Shown one piece after another: positions 10,579 to 18,946 of a stretch of 64,000 bases of DNA. The DNA is from a virus: the IMG/VR virus record IMGVR_UViG_3300027714_002832. The stretch is one strand, 5' to 3'. The notes under the pieces were generated by a model that saw only the letters and a list, made by a program, of their open reading frames with translations, was not told the DNA's origin and did no database searches. Every line of letters begins with the position of its first letter. Position 1 is the first letter of the stretch. The translations under genes were made by a program, and so were the position numbers.

Positions 10579-10821
10579 ATGGCATATAATAGAAATGAGC
10601 GTCAAGGTTTGACGGTTGCAGTATACAATGATAACATCGAACAAGCGTTGCGTAAATTTAAGAAGAAGATGACCACAGATGGTAAACTTCAAGAAGTAAA
10701 GGATCGCGCAGAATTTACACCAAAATTTGAAAAGCGTAAAGCATCACAAGCAGCAGCAAAGGCACGATTGCGCAAGCAATTGTCACAAGAGAATAATGTT
10801 ACTAAAAAGCGTTTATTCTAA
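10579..10821 (+). CDS. rpsU: ribosomal protein S21 homologue
   Basis: 80 aa, basic; ALRKFKKKMTTDGKLQEVKDRAEFTPKFEKRKASQAAAKARLRK matches bS21 pattern. Confidence 0.7.
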   Translation: MAYNRNERQGLTVAVYNDNIEQALRKFKKKMTTDGKLQEVKDRAEFTPKFEKRKASQAAAKARLRKQLSQENNVTKKRLF

Positions 10822-10850
10822 ATAGACAACTGGTAACTTTACACTAACAA

Positions 10851-10875
10851 AGGAGCATTAAATGCTCCTTTTTGC
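10851..10875 (+). terminator. rho-independent terminator
   Basis: AGGAGCAT-TAA-ATGCTCCT hairpin then TTTTG. Confidence 0.75.
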
Positions 10876-10904
10876 TTGCTTTATTATTAATTCCGTAGTA
10901 TAAT
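10876..10904 (+). promoter_or_regulatory. candidate sigma70-like promoter upstream of clpS
   Basis: TTGCTT 10876-10881, 17 nt, TATAAT 10899-10904. Confidence 0.4.
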
Positions 10905-10931
10905 ATATGTTAACCAATAAAGGAAATACCA

Positions 10932-11240
10932 ATGACACAATCATCAGCATCAACATCATCCGAACTAACACACACACGACTACGTGGCCCATCAAAGTAT
11001 AATGTTATCTTTTTAAATGATGACGCAACCTCTATGGAATTTGTTATTTCGGTACTAACTGCTATCTTTCATAAAGATGCAACAGAAGCAGCAGAAGTAG
11101 CAGTACACATTCATGAAAAAGGCAAGGCAATCGCTGGAACCTATCAGTATGAAGTAGCAGAACAGAAAGTAACTGAGACAGTATCTAATGCTCGTTCAGC
11201 AGGCTTTCCACTTTCATTAACGTTGGAAGAAGTTGAATAA
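10932..11240 (+). CDS. clpS: ClpS adaptor protein homologue
   Basis: YNVIFLNDDATSMEFVISVL...EAAEVAVHIHEKGKAIAGTYQYEVAEQKV matches ClpS core. Confidence 0.8.
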   Translation: MTQSSASTSSELTHTRLRGPSKYNVIFLNDDATSMEFVISVLTAIFHKDATEAAEVAVHIHEKGKAIAGTYQYEVAEQKVTETVSNARSAGFPLSLTLEEVE

Positions 11241-11244
11241 ACAC

Positions 11245-11273
11245 TTGACAAGTAAGAAGCCTTGGTATATAAT
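11245..11273 (+). promoter_or_regulatory. conserved phage promoter module
   Basis: ACACTTGACAAGTAAG..17 nt..TATAAT then GTTATATAAGTTAATTAAAG. Confidence 0.6.
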
Positions 11274-11307
11274 AGTTATATAAGTTAATTAAAGCAAGGA
11301 AGTTATT

Positions 11308-11673
11308 ATGGGTATGTTAGTCAGTGTTTATCGTAGTAATAAATTAGGCGATTGTACAAATGGCGGAGTATCTGCTAAGTTAGACCGATTCATCGTAGCG
11401 AATGTTGAAGGACCGTTTATGTCAGAACCGACTGCAACAGATGTGTTGGTTCTTGTACAAGGTCCGTTAGATAGTGCACGTTTAATTCCAGCAGTATATA
11501 ATGACTCAACTGATGCGTGGGAACCTATTAATAAGGCACTAGGTGAATGGGTAATGTTTGGTGGCAATTACGCTGGTACATCTGATTCACGATTCTGTGA
11601 GGCTACTAGTTTTCTCACTGGTGGTACACGACTTGATATTGTTAAAGTATTTGATAGGATTGAGGCTTTTTAA
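11308..11673 (+). CDS. hypothetical protein
   Basis: 121-aa ORF after promoter and RBS. Confidence 0.5.
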   Translation: MGMLVSVYRSNKLGDCTNGGVSAKLDRFIVANVEGPFMSEPTATDVLVLVQGPLDSARLIPAVYNDSTDAWEPINKALGEWVMFGGNYAGTSDSRFCEATSFLTGGTRLDIVKVFDRIEAF

Positions 11674-11894
11674 TGGAACAATCATTTAAGAAAGCAGTAT
11701 GTTATGCATTTCATGGCGAATCTGATGACGCTATTCTTGAAAGCGGATTCGTTGGCGATTTGATAGAAGTACATGAGTACGCACTAATGCTTGCTGAAAA
11801 ACTTTATGAAACAGATTATGATTTGCTTGAAGTATACGACTTTGTATATGCATGGTCTAAAAACGACGACATTAAATTTCCTTGGGAAACGTAA
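11673..11894 (+). CDS. hypothetical protein
   Basis: 73-aa acidic ORF, TAATG overlap. Confidence 0.45.
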   Translation: MEQSFKKAVCYAFHGESDDAILESGFVGDLIEVHEYALMLAEKLYETDYDLLEVYDFVYAWSKNDDIKFPWET

Positions 11895-11911
11895 TCAATT
11901 ACATTAAACCC

Positions 11912-11940
11912 TTGACAAGTAAGGCTTATTGTTATATAAT
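11912..11940 (+). promoter_or_regulatory. conserved phage promoter module
   Basis: CTTGACAAGTAAGG, 17 nt, TATAAT 11935-11940. Confidence 0.6.
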
Positions 11941-11971
11941 ATTTATATAATTTAATCAAAAGGAAGTTATC

Positions 11972-12115
11972 ATGGAATTATCAAACGCAGATCTTTTATC
12001 ATATGTAATGGTTTCAGCAATTCTTACGTATGCACTGTTTTGGATGCCTTATGTTATCATCAAGTCGATGTCGGCAAAGTGGAAACAAATCACTCAAGGA
12101 AAAGTAACAGAATAA
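11972..12115 (+). CDS. small membrane protein (47 aa)
   Basis: RBS AAGGAAG 6 nt before ATG; one predicted TM helix; below ORF-track cutoff. Confidence 0.4.
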   Translation: MELSNADLLSYVMVSAILTYALFWMPYVIIKSMSAKWKQITQGKVTE

Positions 12116-12143
12116 TGTACATTTTAACTCAAGGAATCATTTA

Positions 12144-13394
12144 ATGCAACCGTTTGAACTATTGGATAGGTTTGAACTGATGTACCCTAACAACAGTAAG
12201 TTATCAGATCTGCGTAGGGCATACATTGACAAAGATCTAAGTAGTATCTTTCGATTACTACCAGCAGGACATAACGACTTACGTAAGGCAGTGATAGAAC
12301 AAAACTTACATAGTATCTTTCGATTACTACCAGAAAAACATGAAGACTTACGTAAGGCGGTGATAGAACAAAACTTACATAGTATCTTTCGTTTGCTACC
12401 AGCAGAGCATGAAGAACTAGGCAGAGCAGTGATAGAACAAAACTTGCATAGTATCTTTCGATTACTACCAAATGTTAGTAATGATGATCTTGAAGACTTA
12501 CGTAAGGCAGTGATAGAACAAAACTTGCATAGTATCTTTCGTTTGCTACCAGACGAGCATGAAGAACTAGGTAGAGCAGCAATAGAACAAAACTTACATA
12601 GTATCTTTAGACTAGTAGACGATGAAGACTTGCGTAGAGCAGTGATAGAACAAAACTTGCATAGTATCTTTAGACTAGTAGATGATGAAGAATTACGCAA
12701 ACTACTATTAGAAGATAATATTTGGAAGTTATGGCCTGTGCTATCTAGATACACTGATACACAGTTCGTTGAAGCATTCAAAAACTTCTTTGTCAATGAT
12801 ACTGAGATATGGGATGATTGTTTCGCAAGAGGACAGTTAGAAAGTAAACTATGGTTAGTGCGTGAATTGCAACAATGTAATATACCACTAGGCACTGTGT
12901 TTATTTGTGCGGGCTGGTATGCAACTATCGCTACTATGTTGTTTGAGAGCGACATGGAAATAGATAAGATTCGCAGTTTTGATATTGATACTACTTGTGC
13001 AGAAATCGCAGAAGTGTTTAATAAGCCTTGGGTAGTAGATGGATGGAAGTTTAAAGCGGCTTACAAAGATATACACGATATTGATTTCACAGGAAAAACA
13101 CCCTATAGTGTTTATAAATCAAATGGCGAAGAGCAATTGTTATGTGATAGTCCAGACACTGTTATAAACACAAGTTGTGAGCATATTGATAACTTTGAAG
13201 CATGGTATTCCAAGATACCAGATGGTAAATTGGTGATATTACAAAGTAATAACTTCTATGAAGTGGATGAACACGTAAATTGTGTTGCAGATGTTGATGA
13301 ATTTATTGACACTGCGCCTATGAGTACTGTATTGTACAGTGGAGAATTAGAGTTGCCTAAGTATACTAGGTTTATGATAATTGGATATAAGTAA
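12144..13394 (+). CDS. tandem-repeat protein (N-terminal repeats of the AVIEQNLHSIFRLLP motif, C-terminal globular domain)
   Basis: 416 aa; RBS AAGGAA upstream; about 7 consecutive 21-22-aa repeats LRKAVIEQNLHSIFRLLPxxHE(D/E). Confidence 0.7.
   Translation: MQPFELLDRFELMYPNNSKLSDLRRAYIDKDLSSIFRLLPAGHNDLRKAVIEQNLHSIFRLLPEKHEDLRKAVIEQNLHSIFRLLPAEHEELGRAVIEQNLHSIFRLLPNVSNDDLEDLRKAVIEQNLHSIFRLLPDEHEELGRAAIEQNLHSIFRLVDDEDLRRAVIEQNLHSIFRLVDDEELRKLLLEDNIWKLWPVLSRYTDTQFVEAFKNFFVNDTEIWDDCFARGQLESKLWLVRELQQCNIPLGTVFICAGWYATIATMLFESDMEIDKIRSFDIDTTCAEIAEVFNKPWVVDGWKFKAAYKDIHDIDFTGKTPYSVYKSNGEEQLLCDSPDTVINTSCEHIDNFEAWYSKIPDGKLVILQSNNFYEVDEHVNCVADVDEFIDTAPMSTVLYSGELELPKYTRFMIIGYK
12213..12714 (+). repeat. 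in-frame tandem DNA repeats (about 63-66-bp units, about 7 copies) inside the CDS
   Basis: repeated GCAGTGATAGAACAAAACTT(A/G)CATAGTATCTTTCG(A/T)TT(A/G)CTACCAG units. Confidence 0.8.
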
Positions 13395-13517
13395 ATTAAT
13401 CAATAATATTGGAGAGTAACATGGATGACAAACATTTAATATGGGGTACTATTGTACTGTTTATTGCATTTTGGGGTGAGCCTGACTTGCTTGATAGTGC
13501 GATTTCTTATTTAACCT

Positions 13518-13859
13518 ATGCATCTGGCGGTAGGTAGTATGGACGAGTTAAAGAATGCAGGTGATGTGGTAGAGAGAGCATTATTACATGCATACCAGCA
13601 GTCGAGTCATAACATGGAGTCTACTATGCAAATAGACGCAATGTACCCACAAACTATCCATAATAGTGATGGTGTATCAGTTCAAAGATATACTGTCGTG
13701 GCTTCTACATTATCTGCATCTGGTAATACCACAGTGGTATGCTTTGGTATGGATTTACAGTATGTTATTACAACTCCTAATACCAAATTTTATAAAGACT
13801 TAAAAGATAATATATTGGTGCTGGATCAAGATGTTGCAGGATGGTTATATAATGATTGA
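13518..13859 (+). CDS. hypothetical protein
   Basis: 113-aa ORF. Confidence 0.4.
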   Translation: MHLAVGSMDELKNAGDVVERALLHAYQQSSHNMESTMQIDAMYPQTIHNSDGVSVQRYTVVASTLSASGNTTVVCFGMDLQYVITTPNTKFYKDLKDNILVLDQDVAGWLYND

Positions 13860-14136
13860 TCTAATGCAAGCGAATCCGCGATTAACTATTGTTTTACTTG
13901 CTACAATTGTATATGCATTGGCTTACTGGATGGGACGAAATTCTTGTCAAAGTATGATTGACGATGCGGTGCAAGCATCTGTTGCAGTCTCAATAAAAAT
14001 AACAACAGAAACGGTAGTCAATGAACTTATTGATGCTGGTTATATTTGCTGTCGTGAGGAAGAAGAAGATGGTGAGATTGTATCTTACATGATTACATAT
14101 GAAGAATATATTGCTTCAAATCCTCAAACTAAATAA
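13831..14136 (+). CDS. hypothetical small membrane protein
   Basis: 101 aa, one TM helix. Confidence 0.4.
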   Translation: MLQDGYIMIDLMQANPRLTIVLLATIVYALAYWMGRNSCQSMIDDAVQASVAVSIKITTETVVNELIDAGYICCREEEEDGEIVSYMITYEEYIASNPQTK

Positions 14137-14977
14137 TACTATGACAAGACTAGCAAAAGATAGTGTCGCACAAGATGACATTAAAGTAACCATTTTCAAT
14201 CCAACCGATATTACTGAAATAGCAGATACAGAGGAATTATATAATGCGTTTGAATCTGGTTGGCCCGTGGTCATATCTGGATTAAAGATCCCTGGCATTG
14301 ATTACGATTATTATAACGATTTGCCAGATTGGGTAATCGAAGATAATAAATGGATTGCACCTTGGTATCCAAGTGATATTCGTAAACGAGATAGGTTACG
14401 CAACGAGCGAGATTGGTCAGAAGAACAGATTGATGAATTCGCACAGCAACACAAAGAATCAAATAAAGCATGGAATAATTTCTTTGCTGAGTTGATGCCT
14501 CGTTATGCAAATGCAACGGGCAAAAGTGTTAGTCACCGATACAATATGTTAGTTGAAAACAATTTACACTTCGACGAACTAGACCAAGAGCATACTGGAC
14601 AAGAACAACAGATTCGTGTATTGACTAACATGGATAAACAACGCTGTCGTATTACTGCGGTAGGTCCTAACATAGAACAATTGTATAATAAATACTATGA
14701 TGAATTTAAGTTATGGGAATTAGATAAAGAAGACCCGCACGCATTCATTACAGAAATGCGCAATCGTTGTATTTGGAACGATAAAAATTGGTCACATTTC
14801 CACCACCCATTGCATTATATAACATGTGATCCAGGTGATATTTGGTTACTCAATGCACAGTGGGTATCACATCAAATTGTATTCGGAGCAAAGTTACAAG
14901 TATTCGAAGCAGATATTCAGAAAGAACACATGCTAAACCCAGAGTTGGTTATGGCAGAACGTATTAAAAATTTATAA
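14099..14977 (+). CDS. hypothetical protein
   Basis: 292-aa ORF; true start may be the internal ATG at 14141. Confidence 0.45.
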   Translation: MKNILLQILKLNNTMTRLAKDSVAQDDIKVTIFNPTDITEIADTEELYNAFESGWPVVISGLKIPGIDYDYYNDLPDWVIEDNKWIAPWYPSDIRKRDRLRNERDWSEEQIDEFAQQHKESNKAWNNFFAELMPRYANATGKSVSHRYNMLVENNLHFDELDQEHTGQEQQIRVLTNMDKQRCRITAVGPNIEQLYNKYYDEFKLWELDKEDPHAFITEMRNRCIWNDKNWSHFHHPLHYITCDPGDIWLLNAQWVSHQIVFGAKLQVFEADIQKEHMLNPELVMAERIKNL

Positions 14978-14987
14978 GGAATAACAT

Positions 14988-16052
14988 ATGAACGCAGTTA
15001 ACGCTTGGACAGAGTTTCAACCATTGAAGAAAGTAGTATTGGGTGCACCATTCCCAGAAACTGCATTTGATTGGCACGAAGATGAAGAGACACGAGACAC
15101 TATGCGACAAATCTTCCGTGAAACAGCCGAAGATATTGAAGTACTAGCACAACTATTAGAAGCACGTGGAATTGAAGTGGTACGTCCCAAGAACATCTTT
15201 ACAATCACTGGTGAAGAACAGATTCAATTACCGTGGGCTCATTGTGCGTTTCCGAACCATCCATTAATGCCGCGCGATACGTTGATGCCATATGGTCATT
15301 CAATTTTTGAATGCTTTACAGGCGGTGACAATCGTTACTTTGAAAACCTAGCATACTATGATCACGTAGTAGAATGGTTTAAACAAGGTGCTGATTGGAT
15401 TTCAATGCCTGGCTGCATGGTAGAAACTGGTAAAGGATATGATGAATACGTAGCAGAGCAGCGTGTACTGTATCATGCTGCAAATATGATCAAGTGTGGT
15501 GATACTATCTTATTCAGTCAACCATACGAAGGTGACAACAAGCGTGGACGTGGTACGAATTTGGGCAAGGAATGGATGCAAAGAGAAATCAAACAGCGTT
15601 ATCCTGATACTAAATTTATTGATATTCCAATTGGTGGTCACATAGATGGTAAGATTGCATTATTGAAGCCGGGTGTTCTTATGACGTGGAACAAAGCATG
15701 GGTCCCAGAAGAATTCAAGAATTGGACAATCATTGAAGTAGAAGATGATTTTGACATGCCAGCAGATTTTCAAAATACACGTAAGCGTAGATACTATAAA
15801 GAGTATGTACAGAAGTGGTTAAGTCATTGGGTAGGTTATGCAGACGAGTCTGTATTTGATGTTAATGTATTATCATTGGATGAAAAGACGGTAATCTGTA
15901 CAGGTAAAAACGATGCAGCATTTGCTGAAATGGAAGCAAACGGAATTGAACCAATTGTTTGGCGATTCCGTCATCAGTATTTTTGGGATGGTGGTATCCA
16001 TTGCTTGACTAGTGATATCGTACGTGAAGGTAATTGTGAGAATTATTTATGA
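14988..16052 (+). CDS. amidinotransferase / guanidino-group-modifying enzyme superfamily protein
   Basis: C-terminal GGIHCLTSDIVREG resembles the catalytic-Cys GGxHCxT motif of amidinotransferases/ADI/DDAH. Confidence 0.55.
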   Translation: MNAVNAWTEFQPLKKVVLGAPFPETAFDWHEDEETRDTMRQIFRETAEDIEVLAQLLEARGIEVVRPKNIFTITGEEQIQLPWAHCAFPNHPLMPRDTLMPYGHSIFECFTGGDNRYFENLAYYDHVVEWFKQGADWISMPGCMVETGKGYDEYVAEQRVLYHAANMIKCGDTILFSQPYEGDNKRGRGTNLGKEWMQREIKQRYPDTKFIDIPIGGHIDGKIALLKPGVLMTWNKAWVPEEFKNWTIIEVEDDFDMPADFQNTRKRRYYKEYVQKWLSHWVGYADESVFDVNVLSLDEKTVICTGKNDAAFAEMEANGIEPIVWRFRHQYFWDGGIHCLTSDIVREGNCENYL

Positions 16053-17083
16053 GTATGCTATGGCGTGATAATATACAAAGCCTACAAGTAGATGTTACTA
16101 GTTATTGTAATGCTAAGTGTGGTGGATGCGCTAGAAATGACGACGGTCATGAAACAAGACCGGGTCTTATTCTTGAAAACTTTGATGTTGATGTATGGAA
16201 TCGTATGGCAGAGCATGATACCAAAGATATTTTTATTAATGAACTGGTATTAAACGGGAATTGGGGTGACTCTATGATGCATCCTAAAATTAAAGATATG
16301 GTTACAACATTTGCAAAATTTCATCCAGAAGCGAGTTTATATATCCATACCAATGGCAGTATGCGCACGACCAAATTCTGGGCTTCTTTTGCCAAAGTTT
16401 GTCGTCAATTCTCAAATCATCGTGTAGTTTTTGCAGTAGACGGTCTAGAAGATACACATGCGATATATCGTCGTAATACCGACTTTCTTAAAATTATGGA
16501 GAATATTAAAGCATTCACCGATGCGAATGGACGAGCGAGTGTAACCATGACCCTATTTGAACACAATAAACATCAAGTAGAAGAAGTTAAAAAAATAGCA
16601 CAATCGCTTAATGCAGATTTTACCTTACGTTACAGTCATGGAGATGGACTAGAAGTAATTGCGCCTGGCGAAAATTATATGATATATGCATGTGATGAAT
16701 TGCCCGAAGAGGAGGTAGAAGTAGAGCATGATAATTATAGATTAAGTGATTTACCAAATTATATGGATAATCTAATTATATCAGATGCAATAGAACCTGT
16801 CGCATCAACATGTCCGTGGTTAGCAGATCGTCAAGTGCAAATTGATCCATGGGGTACGGTGTGGCCATGTTGTCATATTAGTAATCATGCAAATTCCTTT
16901 TCATCAGAGTATACTGGGATCGCCGCAACTGATGATAATTTCGATGAAGGTAAACTAGCAAATAACCTGAAGCATACGCCGTTATATGATATCCTTAGTA
17001 ATCGGTGGTATGCGGATGTGTTACCTGATGCGGTAAAACATGAAAAATGGCTAGTTTGTCGTGATTCATGCTTTAGTGATTAA
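16049..17083 (+). CDS. radical SAM enzyme with C-terminal SPASM/twitch-like motif
   Basis: CNAKCGGC (Cx3Cx2C); C-terminal CPW...GTVWPCCH and CRDSC; paralogue of ORF 1309-2334. Confidence 0.8.
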   Translation: MSMLWRDNIQSLQVDVTSYCNAKCGGCARNDDGHETRPGLILENFDVDVWNRMAEHDTKDIFINELVLNGNWGDSMMHPKIKDMVTTFAKFHPEASLYIHTNGSMRTTKFWASFAKVCRQFSNHRVVFAVDGLEDTHAIYRRNTDFLKIMENIKAFTDANGRASVTMTLFEHNKHQVEEVKKIAQSLNADFTLRYSHGDGLEVIAPGENYMIYACDELPEEEVEVEHDNYRLSDLPNYMDNLIISDAIEPVASTCPWLADRQVQIDPWGTVWPCCHISNHANSFSSEYTGIAATDDNFDEGKLANNLKHTPLYDILSNRWYADVLPDAVKHEKWLVCRDSCFSD

Positions 17084-17087
17084 AGTG

Positions 17088-17116
17088 TTGACATACACCA
17101 CCAATTGCTGTATAAT
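17088..17116 (+). promoter_or_regulatory. sigma70-like promoter
   Basis: TTGACA 17088-17093, 17 nt, TATAAT 17111-17116. Confidence 0.55.
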
Positions 17117-17146
17117 ATGTATATACATTAATAACTTGAGAGAAAT

Positions 17147-17500
17147 ATGAAGAAATATATAATAATTAACACTGTATTTGCACTCGCAATCTACTTAGGA
17201 TTATACAGTGGACTTGACAATGTGTTATCAAGTCTTGCGATTGGATACGCATATGCAAACGCATGGATCGTCATTGTGCTTGGTTTGCTTGTTGGTTGGT
17301 TTTTGTATGATGAAATGGTTGAACAAATACAAAATTCCGATGGTTGGAAACCACCTCTTTATTTTGATACATTATTCGACATAGCAGTTATCATAGCCTT
17401 TGCATATGTGGAATCTTATGTTACTGCGGTATTATATACGGCGCATTTACTTATGTGGAACGATATGCACAATACTGCAAGAAAATTAAATCTTAAATAG
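17147..17500 (+). CDS. hypothetical membrane protein
   Basis: 117 aa, 3 predicted TM helices. Confidence 0.5.
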   Translation: MKKYIIINTVFALAIYLGLYSGLDNVLSSLAIGYAYANAWIVIVLGLLVGWFLYDEMVEQIQNSDGWKPPLYFDTLFDIAVIIAFAYVESYVTAVLYTAHLLMWNDMHNTARKLNLK

Positions 17501-17513
17501 TATGTTATTAACT

Positions 17514-17541
17514 TGACATAATATATAAATAATAGTATAAT
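17514..17541 (+). promoter_or_regulatory. sigma70-like promoter
   Basis: TTGACA 17514-17519, 16 nt, TATAAT 17536-17541. Confidence 0.5.
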
Positions 17542-17564
17542 AACTTCTACGATAGGAATTACGA

Positions 17565-18011
17565 ATGGCATATTTTTCAAAAAAACACTATGGTCATAGC
17601 ATTGGGTTATCCTCAGTATTTAGACAGCCGAATGCAGATCATTCACATTGTCACCTACTACATGGGTATAGTTTAGCATTTACATTTACATTCGGTTGTA
17701 CAGAACTAGATGATAAGAACTGGGCTGTTGACTTCGGTGGATTAAAACCATTGAAGAAATGGCTTGAAGACAACTTTGATCATAAGACTGCAATTGACAA
17801 AGATGATCCGTTCTTAGCAAAGTTTATGGAACTTGAAGAATTAGGATTAGCAGAGATTGTAGTAATGAATGGTGTTGGTACAGAGAAGTTTGCTGAACAT
17901 GCATTTAACTTTGCAGATGATCTTGTTCGCAAGATGACTAGTGATCGTTGTTATTGTGTACGGGTAGAATGTGCAGAACATGACTCAAATTCAGCAGTAT
18001 ACGAACGATAG
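17565..18011 (+). CDS. 6-pyruvoyl-tetrahydropterin synthase / QueD-like protein
   Basis: HYGHS, HCHLLHGYS (Cys and His zinc ligands) and NWAVDFGGLKP blocks of PTPS/QueD family. Confidence 0.65.
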   Translation: MAYFSKKHYGHSIGLSSVFRQPNADHSHCHLLHGYSLAFTFTFGCTELDDKNWAVDFGGLKPLKKWLEDNFDHKTAIDKDDPFLAKFMELEELGLAEIVVMNGVGTEKFAEHAFNFADDLVRKMTSDRCYCVRVECAEHDSNSAVYER

Positions 18012-18045
18012 AAGTATTAATTAATAATATATTAGGAGAAGTAAA

Positions 18046-18267
18046 ATGTTACAAGCAATTTTAAAATGGTTAGGATTCCCATCAGCAAATACAATGGATA
18101 AGGTTGAACCTACATTCACATCATTACACACAGAAGATAGTTTATCTGGACTAACAAAGTCAAAATTAAAGACACTGGGTGAGACTAAATTTGATGTTGA
18201 ATTCAAATCAAGTGATCGTAAAGTTGAAATGATTATGCGTATCTTAGCAGCACAATCGGAAAAATAA
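18046..18267 (+). CDS. hypothetical protein
   Basis: 73-aa ORF with RBS GGAGAAG. Confidence 0.4.
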   Translation: MLQAILKWLGFPSANTMDKVEPTFTSLHTEDSLSGLTKSKLKTLGETKFDVEFKSSDRKVEMIMRILAAQSEK

Positions 18268-18633
18268 ATGACATATATCGTAGATGATTCTTGCATTAAA
18301 TGTAAGTACACGGACTGCGTAAGTGTGTGTCCCGTTGATTGCTTTTATGAAGGTGAAAACACTCTTGTAATTAATCCAGACGAATGTATCGACTGTGGTG
18401 TATGTGAACCCGAATGTCCAGCAGGTGCAATTCATCCTGATACTAACTTAGATCCCACGGGACCTGATTGGGTGGAGATTAATCGTAAGTATAGCGAAGA
18501 TCATAACTGGCCTGTTCTAACCGTACAGAAAGATGCATTACCAGATGCTGATTTGTTTAATCCAAAGAAAGGATACACGGGTCCAAGTAAGTTGATTGAT
18601 TTAATTGAAATGGCTGGTCCTGGAGATCAATAA
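18268..18633 (+). CDS. ferredoxin (2x[4Fe-4S] / 7Fe FdxA-like)
   Basis: [14 protein letters not shown] and [12 protein letters not shown] cluster motifs. Confidence 0.85.
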   Translation: MTYIVDDSCIKCKYTDCVSVCPVDCFYEGENTLVINPDECIDCGVCEPECPAGAIHPDTNLDPTGPDWVEINRKYSEDHNWPVLTVQKDALPDADLFNPKKGYTGPSKLIDLIEMAGPGDQ

Positions 18634-18923
18634 TGTCTAACAAAACTGATAATACAGATGTCTACGTAGGCGCATGGTTGCTTGTTACTGCGCTTATTCT
18701 CATACCTGCGTTGCTTCTCGGTGGCGGACCAGGTTGGTTGATAGGTGCACCAATCTTAGCGGCATGGGGCATGCTGATAGGTCACAGTGGCAACAATACT
18801 AATGATGACGATGATGATCATCGTGGACCTAGACGAAAATCATCATCTATAGGAAAAAAAGTTCTTATAGGTGGAGGTGCACTCGCAGCAGGATATGCGG
18901 TAGGTAAGAAATTAGAACTCTAA
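18633..18923 (+). CDS. hypothetical membrane protein
   Basis: 96 aa, Gly-rich TM helices, poly-Asp stretch. Confidence 0.45.
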   Translation: MSNKTDNTDVYVGAWLLVTALILIPALLLGGGPGWLIGAPILAAWGMLIGHSGNNTNDDDDDHRGPRRKSSSIGKKVLIGGGALAAGYAVGKKLEL

Positions 18924-18946
18924 GAGTTTATTAAGGTAGATCAGTA

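Noticed and set aside
12213-12714. Possible CRISPR array (regular direct repeats)
   Set aside because: The units are contiguous with no unique spacers, they are in-frame coding repeats with third-position drift, and no cas genes or leader are present.
12137-12955. 272-aa minus-strand ORF rich in CKFCSITAL repeats
   Set aside because: It is the antisense reading of the tandem-repeat region of the plus-strand gene 12144-13394. The repeats keep both frames open; the plus-strand ORF has the RBS and a C-terminal globular domain, so the minus ORF is an artefact.
16049-17083. Calling this rSAM QueE because QueD-like and ferredoxin genes are nearby
   Set aside because: It carries C-terminal SPASM/twitch-like Cys motifs (GTVWPCCH, CRDSC) and a paralogue at 1309 far from queD, whereas QueE lacks a SPASM domain; I kept the generic rSAM/SPASM call.
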